Assembly: GCA_016937215.1 (NCBI GenBank) | Contig: JAFGWI010000033.1 | Span: 16,266 to 80,265, forward strand | DNA from: Spirochaetales bacterium | GTDB lineage: Bacteria; Spirochaetota; Spirochaetia; SZUA-6; JAFGRV01 | DNA length: 64,000 nt | Reading direction: 5' to 3' | Shown: positions 19,979 to 29,278 of the stretch, one piece after another | Numbering within the stretch: the first letter of the stretch is position 1 | How the letters are laid out: each line of letters starts with the position of its first letter | Translations under genes and position numbers: made by a program | Notes under the pieces: generated by a model | Database searches by the model: none | Told to the model about the DNA's origin: nothing | Seen by the model: the letters and a program-made list of their open reading frames with translations, nothing else

Positions 19979-19995
19979 GCGCTAGGGATAGAAGC
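19979..19995 (-). repeat. Solo 3' end of a family A element
   Basis: Minus strand GCTTCTATCCCTAGCGC. Confidence 0.45.
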
Positions 19996-20460
19996 TATGG
20001 CCGATAATTTTTTATTCGCGGTAATTTCTCAAGTTAAACCAATATCTGATACATGAAGATGATTGTTATTCTAGCTATGCCTAAAACGGCTCACCCATGA
20101 AATTTTCACTTCGCTGAATGAGAATTAACAGCTGCTATAAAATGTTACTCCTCGAATCGAGAAATAAACGCCATTCTGCAAGCCGAGTCTCTTTTATAAG
20201 GGCTGATTTATTGGATATTATGAAAACAAGGTGTATAATAAAGAGCAGCATTGGAAACAATTCATTTTAGAGAAATCCCTTTTTTTTGAACGGCAAATCA
20301 AGCTCCTGCTTTATTTACAAACGGTTGACAAGGTTTGAAGACAAAAAAGGATTGCTTTTCTCGAAAATAACCATTGGGGCTCAAGAAAAATTGAGTTTCT
20401 CTTAATAGCCCTTGATAGGGCAATTAAGAACTGTCTATAATCAGATTTTCATTTATTTAG

Positions 20461-20880
20461 ATGGAGGCAATTTTGAACACAAACACCAAAAATCATCCTG
20501 TGATCATGATCATTACTTTTCTGGCAATTATATTTTTCAGCACGCTTCCTTCCATTCAGCCAGACATGGGAATACAAAACAGTGATAAATTTTTTCACGG
20601 CCTGGCCTATTTCATACTTGCCTTGAGCATTATTCTATCCTTTGATCAGCTCAAATATATGATACTCTTCATGGTCATTGGTTTGTTACTCAGCATATCA
20701 CTGGAATTCCTTCAGGAAATGATACCAAGAAGGCATTTCTCAGTTTTTGATATGTTAGCTAATGGTATTGGTCTTTTTTTGGGATCAATGGTAGGTTTGG
20801 TTTTTAAAAAAACCCTTCATGGTTTACTAGAAAAATTAAAGCTCATGAAATTTTTTAATGGCACTTCCAAAAATCCATGA
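20461..20880 (+). CDS. VanZ-like membrane protein
   Basis: DKFFHGLAY, EFLQEMIPRRHFSVFDMLANGIG. Confidence 0.88.
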   Translation: MEAILNTNTKNHPVIMIITFLAIIFFSTLPSIQPDMGIQNSDKFFHGLAYFILALSIILSFDQLKYMILFMVIGLLLSISLEFLQEMIPRRHFSVFDMLANGIGLFLGSMVGLVFKKTLHGLLEKLKLMKFFNGTSKNP

Positions 20881-21196
20881 TAATGAATTTTGAGAACTAG
20901 AAAAACATTAGCCTATACTGGCCAATGGCAAAAATATATTTATGGCCCTTAAAATAAGCTGTCATTTTTGTGACTTTACAAATATTTATTTTTTAGTTAG
21001 CCTGAATCTTTATAAGAAGTAAATTCTATTTCATCCAATAAAAACAACAGTATTTTACCTTAAACAACATAAAAAATAATATTCATTATTACTCCTATTT
21101 GAATCGTGTTCAAAAAAGGCGATAGAATGGATTTCCATTTCAATAAACCGGGTTTTCCGAAAGGTCATCCCAAGCTAAAAAACCAGGAGGTATGAG

Positions 21197-21340
21197 ATGA
21201 TAGAAAAAACAGCTTCTCAGCTTGGCCGAAAAGATGAGGAGCCAAACATCCAGCTGGCATTGGAACTCATTCGCGATAACGGACAAGGTATTGAAGAAAT
21301 TATTGATGGTTTTAAACAAACTGATAAAAACAATTTCAAA
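21197..21340 (+). pseudogene. Truncated 5' remnant of a conserved hypothetical gene
   Basis: Strong RBS AGGAGG. MIEKTASQLGRKDEEPNIQLALEL resembles the N-terminus of a longer conserved family (from memory). The frame then runs into the cimA promoter and leader. Confidence 0.4.
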
Positions 21341-21413
21341 CAATTAAAGCGGGCTTGGCCCACATCCGAGCCTAAACAACAGATTTATTTTGACAATACA
21401 AAGCAAATCGACC

Positions 21414-21442
21414 TTGACACAATAGGATTTCAAAGCTATTAT
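21414..21442 (+). promoter_or_regulatory. Sigma70 promoter of the cimA leader
   Basis: TTGACA (21414-19)-N17-TATTAT (21437-42). Confidence 0.8.
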
Positions 21443-21448
21443 AAATTC

Positions 21449-21523
21449 ATGTTTAATATTTTTAGCCGAGGAATCATAATTATTATTAGTATTCTCAATT
21501 TCGGGAACAGCCCCTCGGTCTAA
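21449..21523 (+). CDS. Ile-rich attenuator leader peptide MFNIFSRGIIIIISILNFGNSPSV
   Basis: 7 Ile in 24 codons, 5 of them consecutive. Directly upstream of a terminator and cimA. Confidence 0.8.
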   Translation: MFNIFSRGIIIIISILNFGNSPSV

Positions 21524-21546
21524 GGGATTTTAATTTTAAAATAACG

Positions 21547-21577
21547 AGCCGTGGGTTAAAAGCCACGGCTTTTTTTT
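21547..21577 (+). terminator. Attenuator terminator
   Basis: AGCCGTGG-GTTAAAAG-CCACGGCT followed by a T-run, ending just before the cimA RBS. Confidence 0.88.
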
Positions 21578-21600
21578 GCGGTCAAACCAAGGAGGACAGA

Positions 21601-23118
21601 ATGATAGAATTCATGGACACAACCTTACGTGATGGCGAACAAATGCGGGATGTGAGCTATAATGCCAAGGAAAAACTGACTATTACCAAAATGCTGCTGG
21701 AAGATTTAAAAGTCAGCCGCGTTGAAATTACAAGCGCCAGAGTAAGCGAGGGAGAGCAGGAAAGCTTATCACAAATTATTCAATGGGCAAAAAAACATGG
21801 GTACATTGATAATATTGAAATCCTGGGTTTCACTGATAAAAACAAATCCATTGACTGGCTTGACCAAGCCGGAGGCAAGGTCATCAATCTTTTAGCCAAA
21901 GGCTCACTGCGTCACTGCGAAATTCAGCTTCGCAAAACACCAGCCGAACACTTCAAGGACATCATGGAAACAATCGATTACGCTTCCTCCAAGGGAATAG
22001 CCTGCAATATTTATCTGGAAACCTGGTCCAATGGAATGATTGAATCCTTGGATTATGTTTACCAAATGATCGACACTTTAAAAAATAGCTCTATCAAACG
22101 CTTTATGCTGCCGGACACACTGGGCATTCTGGACCCTGTGGCCACTTATGAGCACATGAGCAAGCTGGTGCAGCGTTATCCTGATTTGCACTTTGACTAC
22201 CACGGCCATAATGATTACGGACTGGCTACCGCCAATACCCTGGCTGCCGTTCGAGCCGGGGCCAAGGGGGTCCATTGCACCATCAACGGCATGGGTGAAA
22301 GAACAGGAAACACATCTTTAGATGAAGTTGCTGTAGGAATTCGTGATTTTCTGAATATGGATATCGCGATTAATGAAAAAAAGCTTTTTTCAGTAAGCGA
22401 AACCGTTGAAGCCTTTAGCGGCAAACGAATTCCCTTTAACAAACCTGTTGTCGGTTCAAATGTTTTTACCCAAACAGCCGGTATTCACGCTGACGGCGAC
22501 AGCAAAGGCGATTTATACGCCAACCGCTTGCTACCCGAACGTTTTAACAGAAAGCGACATTATGCTTTGGGGAAATTATCGGGCCGTTCCAATCTGGATT
22601 ATAATTTGAAAGAATTGGGAATTGAATTAACAGCAGATCAGAAAAAGCAGGTACTCAACAGAATCATCGAATTAGGCGACAAGAAAGCCGCCATCACCCA
22701 GGATGATCTTCCCTATATCATCAGCGATGTGTTGGAACAATCGGAACATAAGCTTTTTTCAATCGACTCGCTGATTGTCGTGACAAGCAAAGGCGTAAAG
22801 TCCATGGCTACTATCAAGGTGCGTCACCGCGAACAAACAGGCGAAGACTACAGTGAACATGAAGAAATTGGAAAAGGCGATGGCGGCTACGATGCCATTA
22901 TGGATGCAGTGGGGAAAATTACCAGCCAGCTTGGATACCAACTTCCCCAACTGGTGGATTATCAGATTACCATTCCGCCCGGGGGTAAAACAGATGCCCT
23001 TGTTCAATGTTCCATTACATGGCGTTCTTCACGCACCTTTGTAACCAAAGGAGTGAACCCGGACCAGGTATTAGCCGCGGCAGAGGCCACGGAAAAGATG
23101 CTTAATTCATTAGCTTAA
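21601..23118 (+). CDS. cimA: (R)-citramalate synthase (Leptospira/Bacteroidetes-type)
   Basis: DTTLRDGEQ, VEITSARVS, HGHNDYGL, GMGERTGN, AGIHADG, C-terminal LeuA-type regulatory domain (IPPGGKTDALV), and an Ile leader upstream. Confidence 0.88.
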   Translation: MIEFMDTTLRDGEQMRDVSYNAKEKLTITKMLLEDLKVSRVEITSARVSEGEQESLSQIIQWAKKHGYIDNIEILGFTDKNKSIDWLDQAGGKVINLLAKGSLRHCEIQLRKTPAEHFKDIMETIDYASSKGIACNIYLETWSNGMIESLDYVYQMIDTLKNSSIKRFMLPDTLGILDPVATYEHMSKLVQRYPDLHFDYHGHNDYGLATANTLAAVRAGAKGVHCTINGMGERTGNTSLDEVAVGIRDFLNMDIAINEKKLFSVSETVEAFSGKRIPFNKPVVGSNVFTQTAGIHADGDSKGDLYANRLLPERFNRKRHYALGKLSGRSNLDYNLKELGIELTADQKKQVLNRIIELGDKKAAITQDDLPYIISDVLEQSEHKLFSIDSLIVVTSKGVKSMATIKVRHREQTGEDYSEHEEIGKGDGGYDAIMDAVGKITSQLGYQLPQLVDYQITIPPGGKTDALVQCSITWRSSRTFVTKGVNPDQVLAAAEATEKMLNSLA

Positions 23119-23138
23119 CGGCAATATATAATTTCCTT

Positions 23139-23173
23139 GGGGTTCTGACTATAATAAAGTGGAACCCCTTTTT
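23139..23173. terminator. Likely bidirectional terminator between cimA and the radical SAM gene
   Basis: GGGTTC...GAACCC followed by TTTTT. Confidence 0.55.
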
Positions 23174-24446
23174 AAGCCGGATAATCATAGTCAGGCTTTT
23201 CATTATTACCAAGCGGTTTTATATTGCTTTGCCATGAATCGGGGTTTAATTCCGGAAAAAGCCAGCGCTGAAAATAACCGGGAGTCAAATCCGAATCCTT
23301 TTTGCCTGAAAACATAACATAAGCTTCAGCCCATGAAACAAAAGCCCCTGTTTTTTTAAGATCATTCAAACCACGAAAAAGAGTTGTCTCACGTTCCTTG
23401 ACAATGCGTCGGGCAGATCGCAAACCAATTCCCGGCACTTTTAAAAGTTGATTCTCTGACGCCGCATTAACATCCACAGGAAATAATTCAGGATGATGAA
23501 TCGCGTAGGCTGTTTTTGGATCAACATGAATCGGCAGGTTTCCGCTTTGGTCAAAAACCAGATCCTTCAAGCGAAAGCCATAACCCCGAAGCAGAAAATC
23601 ACATTGATATAAACGATGTTCCCTGATCAACCTTTGGGATACTTCTTCTCTGGCAACAAGATTTTTTTCAAGTGGCTGGTAGGCAGAAAAATAGGAACGA
23701 AAAACAAAGAGTTTTCTGTATATCCAGTCAACACATCTCAGTATGTCCAGATCCAGTTCGTTTCCGGCACCAATCACAAACTGGGTACTTTGGTTTTTTG
23801 CCCTGAAACCAGGCTTTCTTAAAACAGAAGCCCTGCGTTGCATGGTAGGGATTAATTCATCCACCAGATTTTTATCAGGTGCTATAGCCTTGAGAAAATC
23901 CCTGCCCGGCGCTTCCAGATTCAGAGAAACCCGGTCTGCGTATAAAGCTGCATTCTCAATTAGATGTTGAGGTGTGCCAGGAAGCAGTTTTAAATGAATA
24001 TAACCTTCAAAATAGTATTTTTTCCGCAAAATTTCGGCTGTAGCGATCATGTTTTCCATGGCCCCGCCTTTGGCATCATCAACCCCGGAGGATATAAAAA
24101 CCCCCTGCACCAGTTTTTTGTAATAAAGCTCAATAAACAATCGGGCTAATTCTTCTGACCCTAGACGCTCTCTTGCCGTGTTCTTTTGCATTGCAGAAAA
24201 AGCACAATAGGAACAGCGGTTTTTACAAAAATTACTTTGGAGAACCTTCAAAATATGCATGGTTCCTTGTCCCGGAAGAGCTGTGGGATAAATCCAGGCA
24301 TTTAAGGAATCATGAGAATCCCTGACCCGGCCTGCTCCACCTTCAGGGTTTGAATTGCATGAAGACAAGCATACATCATATTGAGCTGCTTGAGTCAGAA
24401 TATCCAGGCGCTCTTCTTTTGAAGGGCGAATGATTCCAGCTACCAT
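23172..24446 (-). CDS. Putative DNA modification/repair radical SAM protein with a helix-hairpin-helix (TIGR03916-like)
   Basis: CKNRCSYC, QSTQFVIGA, REHRLYQCDFLLR and LLKVPGIGLRSA. Confidence 0.88.
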   Translation of the reverse strand: MVAGIIRPSKEERLDILTQAAQYDVCLSSCNSNPEGGAGRVRDSHDSLNAWIYPTALPGQGTMHILKVLQSNFCKNRCSYCAFSAMQKNTARERLGSEELARLFIELYYKKLVQGVFISSGVDDAKGGAMENMIATAEILRKKYYFEGYIHLKLLPGTPQHLIENAALYADRVSLNLEAPGRDFLKAIAPDKNLVDELIPTMQRRASVLRKPGFRAKNQSTQFVIGAGNELDLDILRCVDWIYRKLFVFRSYFSAYQPLEKNLVAREEVSQRLIREHRLYQCDFLLRGYGFRLKDLVFDQSGNLPIHVDPKTAYAIHHPELFPVDVNAASENQLLKVPGIGLRSARRIVKERETTLFRGLNDLKKTGAFVSWAEAYVMFSGKKDSDLTPGYFQRWLFPELNPDSWQSNIKPLGNNEKPDYDYPA

Positions 24447-24459
24447 ATCTCCATATTAT

Positions 24460-24477
24460 ACTAAACATTTGTTGAGT
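24460..24477. promoter_or_regulatory. Palindromic operator, SOS-box-like (AAC-N4-GTT)
   Basis: ACTAAAC-ATTT-GTTGAGT, 14 bp upstream of the radical SAM start codon. Confidence 0.5.
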
Positions 24478-24573
24478 GCAAGTGATAATGACAAATGCAT
24501 AATTTGAAATTAAAATAAATGCAAAGAAGAAGTCCTGACTCTTTCAAAATCAGGGCTCCTTTTTAATTCAAAA

Positions 24574-25863
24574 TCATTCAAAAAGACGGTTCAAATCGCG
24601 TAATGCTTTATACAAACTCACCAATGCCAGGTATTGCCTGCGGCCCGCGGCTGATACTTCAAGTTTAGCCTGAGAAATTTCAAAAGTGCTCCTTTCGCCA
24701 ATTGTTGCCAAATATTCAATTTCCATCTGGTTCGTCAGCGACTTCTCCAGATCAAGCCTGGCTGATTCAATCTCATCACGGGCCATTTCAATGTTCTGCA
24801 TCGTAAGCGCAGTCTGTTTTTGCAAGCTTGATTTTACAAGAGCAATTTCTTTTTCCTTTAAAATGATTTTCTTACTCAACTGACTTCGTTCATCTAATTT
24901 AATCTGGTTCTTTTCAAGTGTGATCGAGGCATTCACATTAATAGCTCCGGTGTTGAAAGAATAATCAGAGCTTAAATTTAAAGAAGGTTCTATAATCGGT
25001 GTTTGATCAAGCTGCCGCTTCAATGCTTTTAATTCAATTTCCAAAGTTTCCAGATTCTGATTAATCGGTAATTTATTTTCATAATCCGGCTCTGCAAAGA
25101 GGGAAATATATTTCTGAATCATATCATTATCCACCAGATGTAAATCTGTTTCATCATAATCGGGGCCAAGCACTGACAATAACTGTTGTTGAATTTTAAT
25201 CAACTCAACTTCGCTGTTATAATAATTTTGCCGGGCACTTAATAATTGCTCTTTACCAGAAAAATATTCATCATAGCCAATCGCATCTGCCTTATATTGT
25301 TTTTGAAGAACATCGCTCGCAGTCACCTGCCAATTGTAATAGGCCTCATAATAATCTTTACTTACAACTACCGCATTCCAGCTCAAGATAACATCTTCAA
25401 CCTGATCTTTCAAATCAAATTCCTGGTACTTTAGAGCAAGAAGCGCTTTTTGATAAGCCGACTCACTATTAATAGAGTTAAGATCATTCAGAAAGGGCGA
25501 ATAGGAAATACCAATGTTTGCTGAATTATCCAGACTATAGGATGCAGACATCTGCAATTGAGTAAATAATGGAACAATCACTTTTACAGAACCTGATTCT
25601 GGTAAATGGTTTGCGCCAGGCTGGACTTGCTCCTGTTGAGTGAATCGATAGCTGCCACTCACAGTCACTTTAGTCTGATCAAGTTTCCAAAATCGCTGTA
25701 AAGAATCTTCAGCTGATTGAGTTTCCATTATTTTGTATTGAAGGCTGATATTTGAATCTTTGGCAGAATCCACAATCCCGGCCCATTCATCTGAAATGTC
25801 TCCAAAACAGAAAATTCCTGATATCAGAAACAGAACAATAAAAATTCCATCTTTATTCATCAT
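24574..25863 (-). CDS. TolC-family outer membrane efflux protein
   Basis: Signal peptide and two repeated helical/beta units. Last gene of the ABC exporter operon. Confidence 0.75.
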   Translation of the reverse strand: MMNKDGIFIVLFLISGIFCFGDISDEWAGIVDSAKDSNISLQYKIMETQSAEDSLQRFWKLDQTKVTVSGSYRFTQQEQVQPGANHLPESGSVKVIVPLFTQLQMSASYSLDNSANIGISYSPFLNDLNSINSESAYQKALLALKYQEFDLKDQVEDVILSWNAVVVSKDYYEAYYNWQVTASDVLQKQYKADAIGYDEYFSGKEQLLSARQNYYNSEVELIKIQQQLLSVLGPDYDETDLHLVDNDMIQKYISLFAEPDYENKLPINQNLETLEIELKALKRQLDQTPIIEPSLNLSSDYSFNTGAINVNASITLEKNQIKLDERSQLSKKIILKEKEIALVKSSLQKQTALTMQNIEMARDEIESARLDLEKSLTNQMEIEYLATIGERSTFEISQAKLEVSAAGRRQYLALVSLYKALRDLNRLFE

Positions 25864-27179
25864 CCCTCCTTGATTTCCTCGGCGATGTTATTACGCAACA
25901 CTGAAAAAATCGGAAAAACTCCAAACACGCCGCCAATCACAATCGTGGATGTCAAAGTAATAAATATGGCTTTTGGATAAATAAGCAGTTCAGTATAAGT
26001 ATCAATATTCGATACAATCGGAAGAATTACTTTCTGAATCGGATTAACAAAAACAAAACTAAGAATGAGTCCGATTACGATACTAATGAATACGACAACC
26101 TGGGAGTGCATGATATACTCAGCAATAATCATTCTTTTAGCCGCGCCAAGGGCCCGTTCAATAGCAATATCGTGACTTTTACCCAAAACTTCAACTAACA
26201 TAATACTCAATATTCCGATAGATCCGGTTATCAACAACAAAAAACCAAGAAGATTAACCACAATAGTAAAAGTTGTAATGCTCTGTCGTGTTTCCGCTAA
26301 TACAGTTCCCTGGCCGTCTGAAGAACCTTCCCAAACATAAATATCAAGATCGTCTCCATATTGCCCTTTTAATGCAGTAACTATTTGTGATTCAGTTTTC
26401 TCAAAACTCAAGCCTTTGACTTTTAGCAAATAGCTTGAATTCAAAAACATTCTCGCCATTTGACTGTTCATTTCTAATGGCAGTATACTTGTATAAGGAA
26501 CTACAAAATCTGCAAGTCCATAGGCTTTTCGTTTTAATTCGCTAAAGTCATGAAAAATGCCAGTTATAGTAAAACCCTGAGACTGGCGTACTTCTCTCGT
26601 AGCCGAGTTATTGGAATGACCATTTTCTCTCATACGAATAGCCATAGATGGCGGACGAATGGTCTGTTGCAATGCACTCTCAGCTGAACCGAACAGTAAT
26701 TTGGCAAGTGATTCTGATATCACAACAGCCTTTATTCCTTTTTCAACATCTTCCTCTGAGAAAAAAGTTCCTAGAATCATTTTCATTCCTGTGATATCAT
26801 CATATTCACAGTTTGTAGCAATGGCATTACGAATACGATAATGTTTACTGTCAACCAAAACTTCCTGCCAGAAGGGATGGGCCAAAGGGCTGACACCCAG
26901 CACACCACTTACATCGGTTTTCAAAATGGATAAGGCGCTCTCATTCCATTGAGGAGGACGGGTTACCTCCAGCTCACCACTGTCTGAAAACTTTCCATTC
27001 ATAACAGAAACCAATAATCCTTCCTGCTCAAGTTCATTATGTAAAATATTGGAAAAAAACTGACTGATGCTCAATACAATAATTAATACTCCCACACCCA
27101 GCCCAAGAGTGAACAAGGTTAAAAATGATTTTACAGGAGATTTTCCCAAACTACTTAAAACACTCATGATAATTTTCAT
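25860..27179 (-). CDS. ABC transporter permease (MacB-PCD plus FtsX)
   Basis: N-terminal TM, periplasmic domain, IAIERALGA and three C-terminal TMs. Confidence 0.9.
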   Translation of the reverse strand: MKIIMSVLSSLGKSPVKSFLTLFTLGLGVGVLIIVLSISQFFSNILHNELEQEGLLVSVMNGKFSDSGELEVTRPPQWNESALSILKTDVSGVLGVSPLAHPFWQEVLVDSKHYRIRNAIATNCEYDDITGMKMILGTFFSEEDVEKGIKAVVISESLAKLLFGSAESALQQTIRPPSMAIRMRENGHSNNSATREVRQSQGFTITGIFHDFSELKRKAYGLADFVVPYTSILPLEMNSQMARMFLNSSYLLKVKGLSFEKTESQIVTALKGQYGDDLDIYVWEGSSDGQGTVLAETRQSITTFTIVVNLLGFLLLITGSIGILSIMLVEVLGKSHDIAIERALGAAKRMIIAEYIMHSQVVVFISIVIGLILSFVFVNPIQKVILPIVSNIDTYTELLIYPKAIFITLTSTIVIGGVFGVFPIFSVLRNNIAEEIKEG

Positions 27180-27190
27180 TTTAAATCTCC

Positions 27191-28609
27191 TTATTCATAT
27201 CTTATAGCTTCAGAAGGCGCGATCTTTGAGATCTGAAAAGCCGGAATACCGGTTACAACCATAGTAAATATCCATGAAATAAAAACTCCAAGAACCAAAA
27301 TCAATGCATTATAACCTGATGTACCCAAACTGTTTTTTATGATCTCCGAAAGAACCACGGCAATAACCGTCCCTGTCAAAGCCCCGCATACCCCAATAAA
27401 AAGCGCTTCATACTCCAAGGATATCAGAATTTTATTAGTACTTGCCCCAAGGGCTTTTAAAATCCCCAATGATTTTCGGCGACGCTCCATCCGGCTTACC
27501 AAAATATTGGTCACATTCACAATGGCAATAAGCAGTCCCGAAATTGATAAAATCAGAATAACAGTTATCAAGCGAAGATTTCTGTCAGAAACAGCTTCAG
27601 CCTCAACTTTCGGAATACTAATATCCACATTTCCCTCACCATATTCCTTGTCAAAATAAGTCGCGATTTGTGCTTTAACAGAAGTAAGGCGTGATAAATC
27701 CTGCACAATGAATCTGAGAGTTGTTCCCCAGGCTTCAAAACGGCGAAAATCATTTCCTGATAAATCAGGAACAACAGCCGGTATAAAAGCTTCGTTATCA
27801 AAAGCCGTTCCTGTTTCTGCAAGAACACCAGTAATTGTGTATAAATCCCGCATCACCTGAATTTTCCTACCATAGGCTATTGCATCTTCAAAAATCTTTT
27901 TGGCCAATTTACTGCCCAAAATTAAAGACGGAGTATCTGATTTAATATCCTGCTCACTAAACACACTACCTGAAACAGCATTCAGACCATAGGCTGAAAA
28001 AAATTCAGGTGTAACCCTATAAGCATCTGCTTCCTCAACCTGAGGTTCTTCCAGACTGGTTAATTCATCTGCATCAATATTTGTATGAAAAGGATCAAAT
28101 CCATCATCAGAAGGAGGTCCAGGCATAGCTTCTGTATTTGTGTTTCCTGTCGCATCTCTTGGCTGGAAATTGCCAGTCACAATAGTTCTGTTATTCTGAT
28201 TATTGACCGACCCTTGTGTGCTTGTATTTGTTCCATTATTGTCAGAGCCAGGCAGCCTCATATTACCAAAACGCAAATGAGTCCGGTTCATAACATAAGC
28301 ATATTTCACATCAGGAACCTCTTTTCTTGCTGCCAAATCATTTACCGTTAAAATCAGATTATTATCATCACTTACCAGACTTGCCGCTATATCCATGCCA
28401 TCTGAATTTTGACGAGTACCAACAACAATCTCGTGGTAATAAGTAGAGCTTAATAATTTATCTGCTTCACTCAAGGATTGGTTCACAAGAGCAAAACCTG
28501 AAACTGTGGCCCCAATCCCCAGGGCTATTCCTAAAATCAATAAAATCGATTCAACAGGCCGCCCTTTTATGGACCGAATCATCAATAATTGATCTTCCTT
28601 TATGCGCAT
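27191..28609 (-). CDS. ABC transporter permease (MacB-PCD plus FtsX)
   Basis: ILGIALGIG, RRRKSLGILKALGA and PSEAIRYE. Confidence 0.9.
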   Translation of the reverse strand: MRIKEDQLLMIRSIKGRPVESILLILGIALGIGATVSGFALVNQSLSEADKLLSSTYYHEIVVGTRQNSDGMDIAASLVSDDNNLILTVNDLAARKEVPDVKYAYVMNRTHLRFGNMRLPGSDNNGTNTSTQGSVNNQNNRTIVTGNFQPRDATGNTNTEAMPGPPSDDGFDPFHTNIDADELTSLEEPQVEEADAYRVTPEFFSAYGLNAVSGSVFSEQDIKSDTPSLILGSKLAKKIFEDAIAYGRKIQVMRDLYTITGVLAETGTAFDNEAFIPAVVPDLSGNDFRRFEAWGTTLRFIVQDLSRLTSVKAQIATYFDKEYGEGNVDISIPKVEAEAVSDRNLRLITVILILSISGLLIAIVNVTNILVSRMERRRKSLGILKALGASTNKILISLEYEALFIGVCGALTGTVIAVVLSEIIKNSLGTSGYNALILVLGVFISWIFTMVVTGIPAFQISKIAPSEAIRYE

Positions 28610-29277
28610 ACCTTCCTCCACTCAATTTTGCCATCTTTGATATGAATGCGTTTATGCGCCCTATCACCCTGAGCATCATTATGGGTTACCATAACAATGG
28701 TCACGCCATTACTATTCAGCTTTTCCAGAGTCTCAAGTATTTCCTCACCCTTATCACTTGGAAGATTACCAGTCGGCTCATCAGCCAGAATCAAATCAGG
28801 ATCATTACTTAAAGCCCTGGCAATAGCAACCCGCTGCTGTTCACCACCGCTCAACATACTGGGAAGATGATAAAGCCTGTCATTTAACCCAAGCCAATCC
28901 AGAAGCTCGCCAGCTCGTTTTTTTCTGGCATTATATTTAACACCTGCATAGGACATTGGCAGCATAACATTTTCTATTGCGCTTAATTCTGAAAACAAAT
29001 TAAAGCTTTGAAAAACAAAGCCAAAATGCTTGTTACGAATCCTGGCTTGTTCCTTATCAGGCAGGCTTGAAATTTCATAATCTTCCAAAAAATACTGCCC
29101 ACTGGTTGAAAAATCCAGAATACCCAGAATATTCAAAAAGGTTGATTTACCTGAACCCGAAGGCCCCATCACAGCAAGATAGTCGCCCCGGTTAATGGTT
29201 AAATTGATATTATCCAATGCCTTGATCTTAATCTGCCCCAGATCAAATTCTTTTTCAATATTTTCCAAACGAATCAT
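28600..29277 (-). CDS. ABC transporter ATP-binding protein (MacB/LolD-like)
   Basis: [16 protein letters not shown] and LADEPTGNL. Confidence 0.95.
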   Translation of the reverse strand: MIRLENIEKEFDLGQIKIKALDNINLTINRGDYLAVMGPSGSGKSTFLNILGILDFSTSGQYFLEDYEISSLPDKEQARIRNKHFGFVFQSFNLFSELSAIENVMLPMSYAGVKYNARKKRAGELLDWLGLNDRLYHLPSMLSGGEQQRVAIARALSNDPDLILADEPTGNLPSDKGEEILETLEKLNSNGVTIVMVTHNDAQGDRAHKRIHIKDGKIEWRKVCA

Positions 29278-29278
29278 A

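Noticed and set aside
20000-20340. Possible decayed coding sequence between Wadjet and vanZ
   Set aside because: No recognisable protein motif in the frames I inspected by eye.
21197-21523. 108 aa ORF as a single real protein
   Set aside because: It is better explained as a gene remnant in frame with the cimA promoter and the 24 aa leader peptide.
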